Source: Lytechinus pictus
Lineage: Eukaryota
Length of the DNA stretch: 64,000 nt
Assembly: GCF_037042905.1 (NCBI RefSeq)
Contig: NC_087261.1
Coordinates: 9,982,001 to 10,046,000 of the forward strand
Direction of reading: 5' to 3'
Below, one piece after another: positions 51,915 to 61,465 of this stretch. The notes beneath the pieces are model-generated. The model had not been told where the DNA came from. It saw only the letters and a list, made by a program, of their open reading frames with translations, and did no database searches. A program made the translations under genes and the position numbers. The stretch's first letter is position 1. The number at the start of each line of letters is the position of its first letter.

Positions 51915-53560
51915 CAAATGGTGTCAGGAGTGGGATGGAGAACGTGAGGACATCTGGAACAAATGGCAGCAATTCTTCAGGGGATGAATCAGTTTCTACA
52001 CATTCTGGAATCAAGTTATCTACCAGTAGGAGGAGGAAGCAGAAGACCGAGGCTCTAATGGAGATCGTCGAGATGATGAAACATCAAGCCAAAGCCCAGG
52101 AGGAAATGATGAAATACCAATCGAAGGCTCAGGAAGAGATGATGAAAAATCAAGCCAAGCTAGCTCAGGACGAGATAATGAAACAGCAAGCCAATGCCCA
52201 GGTTATGATGATGCAACAGGCTAAATCTATGCAAGCACAGATGGAGAAGCTGCTTTTATCATCCTCTAATGAGCAGAGTAAACATACAAGGCGAAGACGA
52301 AGAAAACTGAGCACTCGGGGGAGCACAGATAGGTCTACACAAACAGCATCATCAACTGAGGAGGAGGAAGTTCCATCCAATACTACGTGGCGGAATAGCA
52401 GAGGCAATCCTATTAATTCGCCAGTACAAAATGCTGCCAGGAAGACGACATCACCAGCGGTGCAACCAACTGCTGTGCGAGACCCTCCAATTGATGACAG
52501 TAGGCTCCAGGCCATAATCCAGCAAGCATTGGAAGATACACTCCAACATGGGCATACGTCAAAACCAAGGTCATCACAGGATGCCCAACAGAAGCCTAGG
52601 GGTACCCACTTTATCAAGCCAGACAAATATGATGGATGTTCATCATGGATTGATTACAGCCAACATTTCGACTCATGCCGAGCAGTAAATGGCTGGGATG
52701 ATAAAGAAGCGGGGAGGATCCTAGCATCATGCTTACGAGGTCAGGCACTAAGGCTGCTACGTGAACAAAGGCAGACAGTAGGCTTCAATGATCTGAAGAG
52801 AATGCTGGCCAACCGGTTCTCAGATAATAAACAGGCTGAGAATCATCTACTAGAGCTAAAGCAAAGACAGAGACAGGAGGGCGAGACACTCAAGGAGCTT
52901 GCACAAAGCATCAGGGAGCTCACAGCATCGGCCTATCCAGAGCTGGATTTTGATGTTCGGGACAGATTGGCGAAGGGACACTTCATGGACGCCCTTGTGA
53001 AACCCAAGCTTAGAGAGGCAGTGTTCAACAACCAATGTAAGACATTGGACGATATGGTACATGCAGCAGTGGTAGCTGAGGCCTTCCATCATTCTGAAGA
53101 TCAGAGAAGTAGCAGGAAACCCAAGTACAGCAGGGCAATGACAAAAGAGAATGAGGAAGATAAACCAACTTCCGAACCAATCTCAGAAGTGAAAGCTATG
53201 GTAGCTACCTTGAACGAAGAACTCTCCAAGCGTAATGCTGAGATGACCACACTGAAGGAAGAATTGGAGGCCATCAGGACCGCATTACGGCAACAACCTC
53301 AGACTAATGATCCTAGTGACAAGCAAAAGCAGCAGCAGGGGAATTCAAGTAAATTTGATGGTAGCTGCTACTATTGTGGAAAGAAAGGCCACATGAAGAG
53401 GAAGTGCAAAAAGAGGATAAGAGACGAGGCTCAGATTCATCAAGCCGAGCAACAATATCAGAGCTCAACAAACGAAGTAAGGTCGCCCCAGGGGGGCATG
53501 GCGCGGCCGTGGAACCTGGAAGCACCAGCCCCTCAATACCAAATGCCACACAGCCAATAG
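51818..53560 (+). CDS. gag: Gag polyprotein
   Basis: 580-aa ORF with a capsid-like region (KPDKYDG...W...LRGQA; RQEGETL) and the CCHC knuckle CYYCGKKGHMKRKC. An alternative in-frame start lies at 51935. Confidence 0.93.
   Translation: MASNSSTDEGERGKGQAGPPASRTRSKKEGRHTNGVRSGMENVRTSGTNGSNSSGDESVSTHSGIKLSTSRRRKQKTEALMEIVEMMKHQAKAQEEMMKYQSKAQEEMMKNQAKLAQDEIMKQQANAQVMMMQQAKSMQAQMEKLLLSSSNEQSKHTRRRRRKLSTRGSTDRSTQTASSTEEEEVPSNTTWRNSRGNPINSPVQNAARKTTSPAVQPTAVRDPPIDDSRLQAIIQQALEDTLQHGHTSKPRSSQDAQQKPRGTHFIKPDKYDGCSSWIDYSQHFDSCRAVNGWDDKEAGRILASCLRGQALRLLREQRQTVGFNDLKRMLANRFSDNKQAENHLLELKQRQRQEGETLKELAQSIRELTASAYPELDFDVRDRLAKGHFMDALVKPKLREAVFNNQCKTLDDMVHAAVVAEAFHHSEDQRSSRKPKYSRAMTKENEEDKPTSEPISEVKAMVATLNEELSKRNAEMTTLKEELEAIRTALRQQPQTNDPSDKQKQQQGNSSKFDGSCYYCGKKGHMKRKCKKRIRDEAQIHQAEQQYQSSTNEVRSPQGGMARPWNLEAPAPQYQMPHSQ
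51919..51936 (+). promoter_or_regulatory. Primer binding site, tRNA-Leu type
   Basis: TGGTGTCAGGAGTGGGAT, 4 nt after the LTR, is complementary to the 3' end of eukaryotic tRNA-Leu(CAG) (...ATCCCACTCCTGACACCA). Confidence 0.9.
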
Positions 53561-56500
53561 TTACAACCAGGTACAATGGAGAAATCAACAAAGGAATTCT
53601 GAAGGGCATGTATGTGCCAGTCACTATCGGTGGGACACAGCTGAGTTTTCTGGTAGACACAGGAGCAACAGATACATACATCTCCAAGTCAGGCTATAGG
53701 AAACTACAAGAGAAGCCTACAATTCAAACTACTACAGAGAAGGTTATGCTTGCAGATGGCTCACAACTAGAGGTGGATGGAAATATCCACACAGAAGTGA
53801 TTATAGGCCAGGGGAAGGCAAGGATCACCCTAATTGTCGCTGATATCTGTAGCGATGGAGTCTTGGGCATGGATAATCTTCTACAGTTAGGAGCAAGGCT
53901 TAACTTGGAGACGGCTACAATGGTAACCAGGTGGGGTTCAGTTCAGTGTCGCCATGAAGACAACACTAGAACTTGCTTCCGCATCATAGCTACTGAGATG
54001 TACACTATACCAGCAGGCCGAGAAGGCATCATTACAGGAAAAGTACTGGACGGGGTTTCAGATGACGTTACAGGCGTTGTTGAAGCATCAAATGATAGAC
54101 GCCAACTTACACAGAAAGGCATAATCTTGGCCAGGACCCTCGTCAGAACTAGTAATGGAGCAGTCCCAGTTAGAGTGTACAACCCTACAGGATCCCAACG
54201 TGTGATAAAGAAGGGGACAGAGCTAGGATATTTGTCGGCAGTATCAGAACCAGATATCCAAGCATCTCAGCTTTCCAGTGAGGAGATTATTCTACCAGAG
54301 TACTTGACTGATTTGTACGAGCGGAGTATACAAGAGGTGCCAGAGCAGTACCATGCACCTATTGCTAAGCTTCTGACTACATACCAGGATGTCTTTTCCA
54401 AAGGAGACTATGACTTGGGGAAAACCAACCTGGTGAAACATACAGTTGACACCGGACAGACCAGGCCAATCAAACAGAGGCCACGGAAACATCCGTTTGG
54501 ACAGAGAGATGTAATCAGGAAGCATGTCAATGATCTTCTGGACAGGGAACTCATCGAGCCTTCAGACAGTCCATGGGCAGCCAACATCGTCTTAGTTAAG
54601 AAGAAAGACGGCTCCCAGCGCTTCTGTGTTGATTACAGGCAACTAAATAATGTTACCATCAAGGATGCATATCCTCTTCCTCGGATCGACGAGACCCTTG
54701 ACGCACTCTCTGGAGCCAAATGGTTTTCAACGTTGGACCTTGCTAGTGGGTACTGGCAGGTAGAGCTTGACACGGATGCTAAGAAGAAGTCAGCTTTCCT
54801 AGCAGGTGGGGGACTGTATGCCTGGAAGGTCATGCCTTTTGGCATGTGCAACGCCCCGGCAACGTTTGAAAGACTCATGGACCAGGTATTGAGAGGACTG
54901 CACTGGGAGACGCTATTGGTCTACTTGGATGACGTGATCGTGTTCGGGAAATCCATTGATGAGGAGATGGCGAGGCTGCAGCAGGTGTTTGAACGTCTAA
55001 GACAGAGAGGGCTGAAGCTGAAGCCAAAGAAGTGCAACTTGTTCAAGACTTCTGTTTCATACCTTGGGCACGTCGTCTCTGCAGAAGGCATTTCGACTGA
55101 GAAGGACAAAACAGAAACAATCAGGACATGGCCCAGACCCGAGTCAGTGAGGGAGGTCCGTGGATTCTTAGGCCTTGCATCTTATTACCGTCGCTTCGTT
55201 GAAGGCTTTGCCAGAATTGCTAGACCTCTGCACCAACTGACAGAAAAAGGACGGAAGTTTGAGTGGAACCAGGACTGCCAAGAAGCCTTCGAGAAACTGA
55301 AGCACAGACTAGTCACGGCTCCAATACTGGTATACCCTACCGAGGAGGAAAGATTCATTCTGGACACAGACGCCAGCAATGATGGTATCGGCGGTGTACT
55401 CTCCCAGATACAGAATGGCCAGGAACGGGTCATTGCCTATGGAAGCCGAGTCCTAAGCAAACCGGAAAGGAACTACTGTGTAACCCGTAAGGAACTACTT
55501 GCTGTAGTAGTGTATCTCAAACATTACAAGCAGTATTTGTATGGTCGCCACGTCCAGGTGAGGACCGATCATGGAGCTCTGAGATGGCTGATGAATTTCC
55601 GGCAACCTGAAGGTCAGCTGGCAAGATGGCTGGAAGTCATATCAAGCTACGACATTGAGATTATACATAGAGCTGGAAGGATTCACAGCAACGCTGACGC
55701 TCTATCACGAAGACCATGCAGGCAGTGTAAGCGAGAAGGAGGCTGCATCTATGGAGGAGACACTGGGAATATCAACGTTATCACGTTGAGGAATGATAAC
55801 CTAGCTGACATCCAAAAGGCCCAACAGGAAGATCCTAACATAAATCCAGTCAGGAATGCACTGGTGGAAGGGAGGAAGCCATCCCGGGAAGAGGCGACGG
55901 TATATCCTTTTAAGGTCAAGGTTCTTCTGGATCACTGGGACCAGCTAGAGGTCAAAGATGGTGTTCTCTACAGGAGGTGGGAATCAGGAGATGGACGTGA
56001 TGTCAGGTGGCGTTATGTACTACCTAAAGCTCTGATACCGGAGGTGCTACAGGACCTACACTCTTCTCCCATGGCAGGACATCTTGGTATGACAAAGACT
56101 CTTCACAAGGTACAGGAACGCTTCTACTGGGTAGGAATGAAGGAAGATGTCAGATCCTTCATTAGGCAATGTCCAGACTGCGCTCGCCGACAGAAGGCAG
56201 GACCAGGGAAAAGAGCTCCGCTACAGCAGAGGCAGAGTGGGTATCCAATGGAGAGGATCGCCCTGGACATTATGGGACCATTGCCAGTTACTGATGACGG
56301 GAACAAGTACATTCTTGTGGTAGCTGACTATTATACCAAGTATGTCGAGGCATATGCAATACCAGATGAAAGAGCTGAAACAGTGGCACGGAAGCTAGTG
56401 GACGAATTCATCTGCCGCTATGGAGTTCCTAATGAGATACATAGTGACCAGGGCAGGAACTTCGAGTCCAACATCTTCCAAGAAGTGTGTCAATTACTGG

Positions 56501-57306
56501 CTGTCAGAAAGACAAGGACGACACCGTACAACCCAAAGAGTGATGGGATGGTTGAAAGGTTCAACCGGACACTGATCAACATTCTTGCTACCCTACTGGA
56601 TCCAGAGAAGCACCAGCGGGACTGGGACAGGTATATACCCTACGCCACAGCTGCATACAGAAGCTCCACGCACGACACAATCAAGGAGACTCCAAACATG
56701 ATGATGTTTGGCCGAGAGATTTCACTGCCTATCGATTTGCAGTTCTCCAAACAGGATGGAAGTGAGTGGACTGACTATGCTCAGCAGCTGAGGGAAAGAA
56801 TGGAAGAGACATACCAGAGGGCCCAGGTACGTAAGGGTGTTGAACTGCGACGCCAGAAGAGGAACTATGATCGGAAATCAGATGGGAAACTCTATGAAGC
56901 TGGACAGTTCGTATGGCTCCGCAACAATGCCAGGAAGAAGGGAGTCAGCCCTAAATTAGCACCTAAATGGGAAGGTCCCTACCAAGTGTTGTCTAGACTT
57001 TCCGACGTGACCTATCGTATCCAGAGATCCCCCAGGAGCAAACTGAGAGTGGTCCACTTTGACCGACTGAAGCTCTACAACGGATCTGATGTACCGGAGG
57101 CCTGGAGGACTCAGCCAGCCGACCTAACAGACGAGGTGACTACCAATCGTGAACCAGATTTTGTGGATGATGGACAACCTACTCAGGCTTCTACTGAGAC
57201 TCCAGTGGAACCAGGAATTCCATTACCTGATGATTCTAGTGACTCAGACGTCAACCCTTCACGCTATCCAAGAAGGCGGAGAAGACCTCCAGACTATTTC
57301 TATTGA
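53374..57306 (+). CDS. pol: Pol polyprotein (protease, RT, RNase H, integrase)
   Basis: LVDTGA protease, YLDD RT, TDAS/ADALSR RNase H, HHCC and DD35E integrase, GPY motif; no chromodomain. Lies in the -1 frame relative to gag, so the true start is probably a frameshift near 53470. Confidence 0.97.
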   Translation: MWKERPHEEEVQKEDKRRGSDSSSRATISELNKRSKVAPGGHGAAVEPGSTSPSIPNATQPIVTTRYNGEINKGILKGMYVPVTIGGTQLSFLVDTGATDTYISKSGYRKLQEKPTIQTTTEKVMLADGSQLEVDGNIHTEVIIGQGKARITLIVADICSDGVLGMDNLLQLGARLNLETATMVTRWGSVQCRHEDNTRTCFRIIATEMYTIPAGREGIITGKVLDGVSDDVTGVVEASNDRRQLTQKGIILARTLVRTSNGAVPVRVYNPTGSQRVIKKGTELGYLSAVSEPDIQASQLSSEEIILPEYLTDLYERSIQEVPEQYHAPIAKLLTTYQDVFSKGDYDLGKTNLVKHTVDTGQTRPIKQRPRKHPFGQRDVIRKHVNDLLDRELIEPSDSPWAANIVLVKKKDGSQRFCVDYRQLNNVTIKDAYPLPRIDETLDALSGAKWFSTLDLASGYWQVELDTDAKKKSAFLAGGGLYAWKVMPFGMCNAPATFERLMDQVLRGLHWETLLVYLDDVIVFGKSIDEEMARLQQVFERLRQRGLKLKPKKCNLFKTSVSYLGHVVSAEGISTEKDKTETIRTWPRPESVREVRGFLGLASYYRRFVEGFARIARPLHQLTEKGRKFEWNQDCQEAFEKLKHRLVTAPILVYPTEEERFILDTDASNDGIGGVLSQIQNGQERVIAYGSRVLSKPERNYCVTRKELLAVVVYLKHYKQYLYGRHVQVRTDHGALRWLMNFRQPEGQLARWLEVISSYDIEIIHRAGRIHSNADALSRRPCRQCKREGGCIYGGDTGNINVITLRNDNLADIQKAQQEDPNINPVRNALVEGRKPSREEATVYPFKVKVLLDHWDQLEVKDGVLYRRWESGDGRDVRWRYVLPKALIPEVLQDLHSSPMAGHLGMTKTLHKVQERFYWVGMKEDVRSFIRQCPDCARRQKAGPGKRAPLQQRQSGYPMERIALDIMGPLPVTDDGNKYILVVADYYTKYVEAYAIPDERAETVARKLVDEFICRYGVPNEIHSDQGRNFESNIFQEVCQLLAVRKTRTTPYNPKSDGMVERFNRTLINILATLLDPEKHQRDWDRYIPYATAAYRSSTHDTIKETPNMMMFGREISLPIDLQFSKQDGSEWTDYAQQLRERMEETYQRAQVRKGVELRRQKRNYDRKSDGKLYEAGQFVWLRNNARKKGVSPKLAPKWEGPYQVLSRLSDVTYRIQRSPRSKLRVVHFDRLKLYNGSDVPEAWRTQPADLTDEVTTNREPDFVDDGQPTQASTETPVEPGIPLPDDSSDSDVNPSRYPRRRRRPPDYFY

Positions 57307-57969
57307 ACACTCATAACTTTCAATTTGCAGATAGATGTGGAACTGTATTCTAGCTGTTTCTAAAACTGACAAACTGTTAATATATGTCGATCTATGGATC
57401 TACTGCGTGGCCTAAAAAGAAGACGCAAGGATTCTGACGGTTGAAGAATGAAATAATGAGATAGAAGCACTAATCCACACGAACTGTTGAACCAATGTGG
57501 AAAACAACCCAATCTATACTGGACTTGTATATATATGTTTCGCCATATTTATGTCGTAGTGTAAGTCATTTATTTGTTTTGTGAAACACCACACCATTAT
57601 CTTTTCGGATAATATTGTTCAAGGAGGTGTCCTCGACTCACAGATATTTATAAAAATAATTTTGCATAGAAGCACTCGCTGTAATGTTTATATTCAGAGT
57701 TAATGTCCACAGAGTGAACACGTTTCATACAGCTAATGAGAATGATGATAATGTTGCTATCAATGAGAGCTCACAGAAATAAGTTATGGAAGATGTAGAG
57801 AGGTTGATTGTACATAGTATCCATATAAGGAGTGTATACAGGAGGACATAACTCTCAGTATGATTAATACAGCGATGCATATAATTCAATACATTTTGGT
57901 TGCTTTGTCAAATTGTTTGGAATCCCTCTGCTAATGTGAGGATAAAACAAATGTGAGGACACATTCCTT

Positions 57970-57980
57970 GAAGAGGGGGG
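57970..57980 (+). promoter_or_regulatory. Polypurine tract
   Basis: GAAGAGGGGGG, 3 nt before the 3' LTR. Confidence 0.9.
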
Positions 57981-57983
57981 CTG

Positions 57984-58679
57984 TGTAGCGAACCCGTCCG
58001 CTACGGTTTTTAGTTATAATGCAGTAAACGTAGATGGCGCTATAGCTTTTGGTGCGTTAGAACTCAATGATCGACTTACGCAACGCACTGCGTAAGGCAG
58101 CTCTCGGAGACTATAAATAGCGGAGTTTCGCAGTGATCTCGTCACTTCGACGCTGGCGGAAGTCGGAGTCGGACGAAGAACTCCCTGCGCTCCTCTCCAA
58201 CTGGGCTGAATCAAGAAAAGGTTTGGAAATGAACATTGCTCGCTTAATTTCTACTACTGCAAATACAATTCTGGATAATTGGTGACGGTGTTAATGTTGA
58301 TAACCTGTACAATTGCTGAACAATGATGTATAATTAAAATATGACCGTTGTCATACACCAAATGTAATCATCGTCTCCAACCTGTGTGATCTATGGAATC
58401 CAATTGACTACTGCAGTATAAGCCTACCCATAGAGATTATACAGCCCCAACAGAAATCTCTGTTCAGACTACCCCTCAACACTCCACCCCCATATATTTT
58501 GGGAAAACGGAACACGCCCAGGTCTCTACTCTCTACATAAAGCCATATTATACAGATTATAAGGAAGCCGCTCGCATCAAAGATGGCTAGTAATTCATCA
58601 ACGGATGAAGGTGAAAGAGGCAAGGGACAGGCCGGCCCCCCAGCATCCAGGACCCGTTCCAAGAAGGAGGGCCGCCACA
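57984..58679 (+). repeat. 3' LTR (696 bp)
   Basis: Direct repeat of 51219-51914 at offset 6765; the ORF track shows the same 66-aa ORF in both copies. Confidence 0.97.
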
Positions 58680-61244
58680 GTACGTTGTAGTAGGGGATTG
58701 TTACGGTTGGACATAATCAATCAACAGTAACTGAGACACGTCACTGTTGAAATAATGATAGATTCCAAGAAACAAACTTGACCAAACTCATTTGCCGCAG
58801 GAGAGTAAAAAGATTTCATAAAATATATTTATCATAAAATCAGTAGGGAAATGTATTTCTAAAGAAAGAAATACTGAAAAAAACATTGCCAATAGATTAC
58901 ACACGGTATACAGCTCTCTAATTTGTAAAGGGATTATTTTACCCTTACATTATAATTGTTATTAGAATCATCTTCAATTCTGTGATCATTTCGATCATAA
59001 TAATAGTAAACTCAAAGAAGAGACTCATAAGGTTAAGTCAAAAGTCATATAACGATTTAAAGAATATGGTCAAACTTTATTAATTTACTTTAATGAAATC
59101 TTATAATGCCTTATGACAAGCATTGCATATTTTCACGTAATTTATTGAATTGAAACCGATGATGACGTCATCTGGAATTGTGGAGATTAAATTATTGAAG
59201 GTTAAAACTCGCGATTTCTTGTGCTTCTAGATTATTATATTAATACAAAGCACCTTTTCATTTAATTGACTAAAAAATACTTAATTTTCACGGATTTTAA
59301 GCGATGCGCATGAACAAATTAAAAATCCTTGCTTGGTTTTTCCCTTCTATTCAATGGAAGAATGTTTCACTACAAAACGCCATTGATCGGGAAAGACTTC
59401 TTTGTCCAGAAAATAAAATAAGCTGAAAGACAGACGGATTCACAGGAAAGAACTGAGTTGAGTTGAGTCATCTGTCCTCTTCATTCTGATTGTTAAGTGG
59501 TTTATTTCAATAAATTGATTTCATTTTCAACCTGTCTCCTTTTGTTATTGGGGGGGGGGGGGGTTAATATGTTCTGAAACNNNNNNNNNNNNNNNNNNNN
59601 NNNNNNNNNNNNNNNNNNNNNNNNNNNNNNNNNNNNNNNNNNNNNNNNNNNNNNNNNNNNNNNNNNNNNNNNNNNNNNNNNNNNNNNNNNNNNNNNNNNN
59701 NNNNNNNNNNNNNNNNNNNNNNNNNNNNNNNNNNNNNNNNNNNNNNNNNNNNNNNNNNNNNNNNNNNNNNNNNNNNNNNNNNNNNNNNNNNNNNNNNNNN
59801 NNNTCTTTCCATCTTTCTTCCTGTCTTCTACTTTTCTTTTCTTCTTCTTCTCTTCCTACTTCTTCTTCCTATTTTCCTCCTTCTTCTCCTCCTCATTCGT
59901 CTTCTTCCTCTTCTCCTCCTCCTCCTCCTTCTTCTTCTTCTCCTCCTCCTCCTTTTTCTCTTTGCGCTACTTCGGTTGTTGTTGTTCTCAGAACCTTGTT
60001 CGACTTCGAATAGTTCTTTTTTTAAATCTCCTCTTCCTTTTTACCTTCTTTTCACTCTTCTTTCATCCACTTCCCATCCCTGACACTCTCCATCCTTCTG
60101 TCCTTTCGTCTTCAACAATCAGCTGCTGAACAATAAGACTACTTCTCTCGTTCTAACATCTTTCTTATATAGGAATTTTCATCGCTCTCAGGTTTTGTGA
60201 GGATATTTATTAGAGAAATTGATTTTTGTCATGTATTTACGAAGAGCTGTAACTGTAAATGTACATGAGAAAATGCATTTGACTCTTACTGTTTTACCAT
60301 CAATTACAAGACAAATTTTCTTATTTTCGACCTTTAGCTCAATCTCAGCCTTCCACATGGCATTGTGTACTAATATATTCAAGTTCTCTTTCCAATTCAT
60401 AACCTAGCAAAGATAAATAAGTAGGAAGCCATGAAGTACCTTTAAAAGCCAGTGGTAAATATTTAGCCACTGAGCTCGAAAGTAAACACTAAACAATGCA
60501 TTCATCCCGAACCAAGAAGACTTTGTAGGTTGGCATTAATATGTATTAAGGTCATCGATGAAAAGATCAATTTTCTTGCATTCTTTGTGTACTGTTAAGT
60601 TCAAGTTTCTTCCGCTGATTAAGTTCGCAATGGATGTGTTCGTTTTCACAGGTTAAAGCATGGGGGGGGGGGGCGTAACAAGAGGACCGGTCGAGGGCAG
60701 GGGCGTTTCATTACATTGACTTTTTTGACCGACAAATTCTTTTTTCATCAGACAGTTACCATAGTAACAGTCAGACCTGTGCTTCTCAGCCAATCAATAT
60801 CAAGAAAAATTGTCTAAAGTGACAACTTGTCAGATGAAAATGTTTTAGGGGTGGGTTGAATGTACGTTTTAATGGGCAAATTTTAATCATGGAGCTACTG
60901 AGCAGGAATTATCCAAAATTTTCGACAACTCTCAAAATCTGGAAAATTAGCTATGCACTTGCAAGATCCATCAGTATCAAGAAGTAATGGGGGTGGAACT
61001 CAAGCAATTAGCTCGTCAATGAATCCCATTTCAACAGTCAACCATCGATATGACAGAAACCAAGGGGCTTCAAATTGTTTGAAGCTCCTTGCAAAAACAA
61101 AATCTTGATACAGCAACAACCGCTCTTTTGAGGTCACCACCAGAATGTACTTCAAAAGGTCACAAAGTTCCACCCCTTGGTTTATTTATTTCATTTGTTT
61201 AAAGTGCACACCAAGTTACCAAGAATGCATGTAGCATTTCCATT

Positions 61245-61465
61245 TATTTGAATGCTGGATAAAAGAGCATTGTCGATTAAATGCCTTGCTCACGGGCAGC
61301 GAAATTATTTTTCCCCCACACGAGTTCCGCAAGTCATGAATATTCATATTGGGGTCCGGAACTCTTGTGGGGAAAATAATTTCGCTCACGTCGGGAATAG
61401 GTGCCGCGGCCGGGGATCGAACCTCGGACTTTTCATGTATAGCAAGGCGCCCTAGACCACTCGGT
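61245..61465 (-). mobile_element. SINE head interrupted by an 89-bp hairpin
   Basis: GGGATCGAACC (B-box on the minus strand) and TAGACCACTCGG (A-box-like); inverted repeat at 61298-61386. Confidence 0.6.

Larger units (their letters stand above)
51219..58679 (+). mobile_element. Full-length Ty3/Gypsy LTR retrotransposon
   Basis: Two TG...CA LTRs, 4-bp TSD GTAC (51215-51218 and 58680-58683), PBS, PPT, and intact gag and pol with PR-RT-RH-IN order. Confidence 0.98.

Noticed and set aside
51643-56312. Antisense ORFs within the retrotransposon
   Set aside because: Short shadows of gag/pol with no recognisable domains.
57307-57969. env or third ORF
   Set aside because: No ORF of 60 aa or more on either strand.
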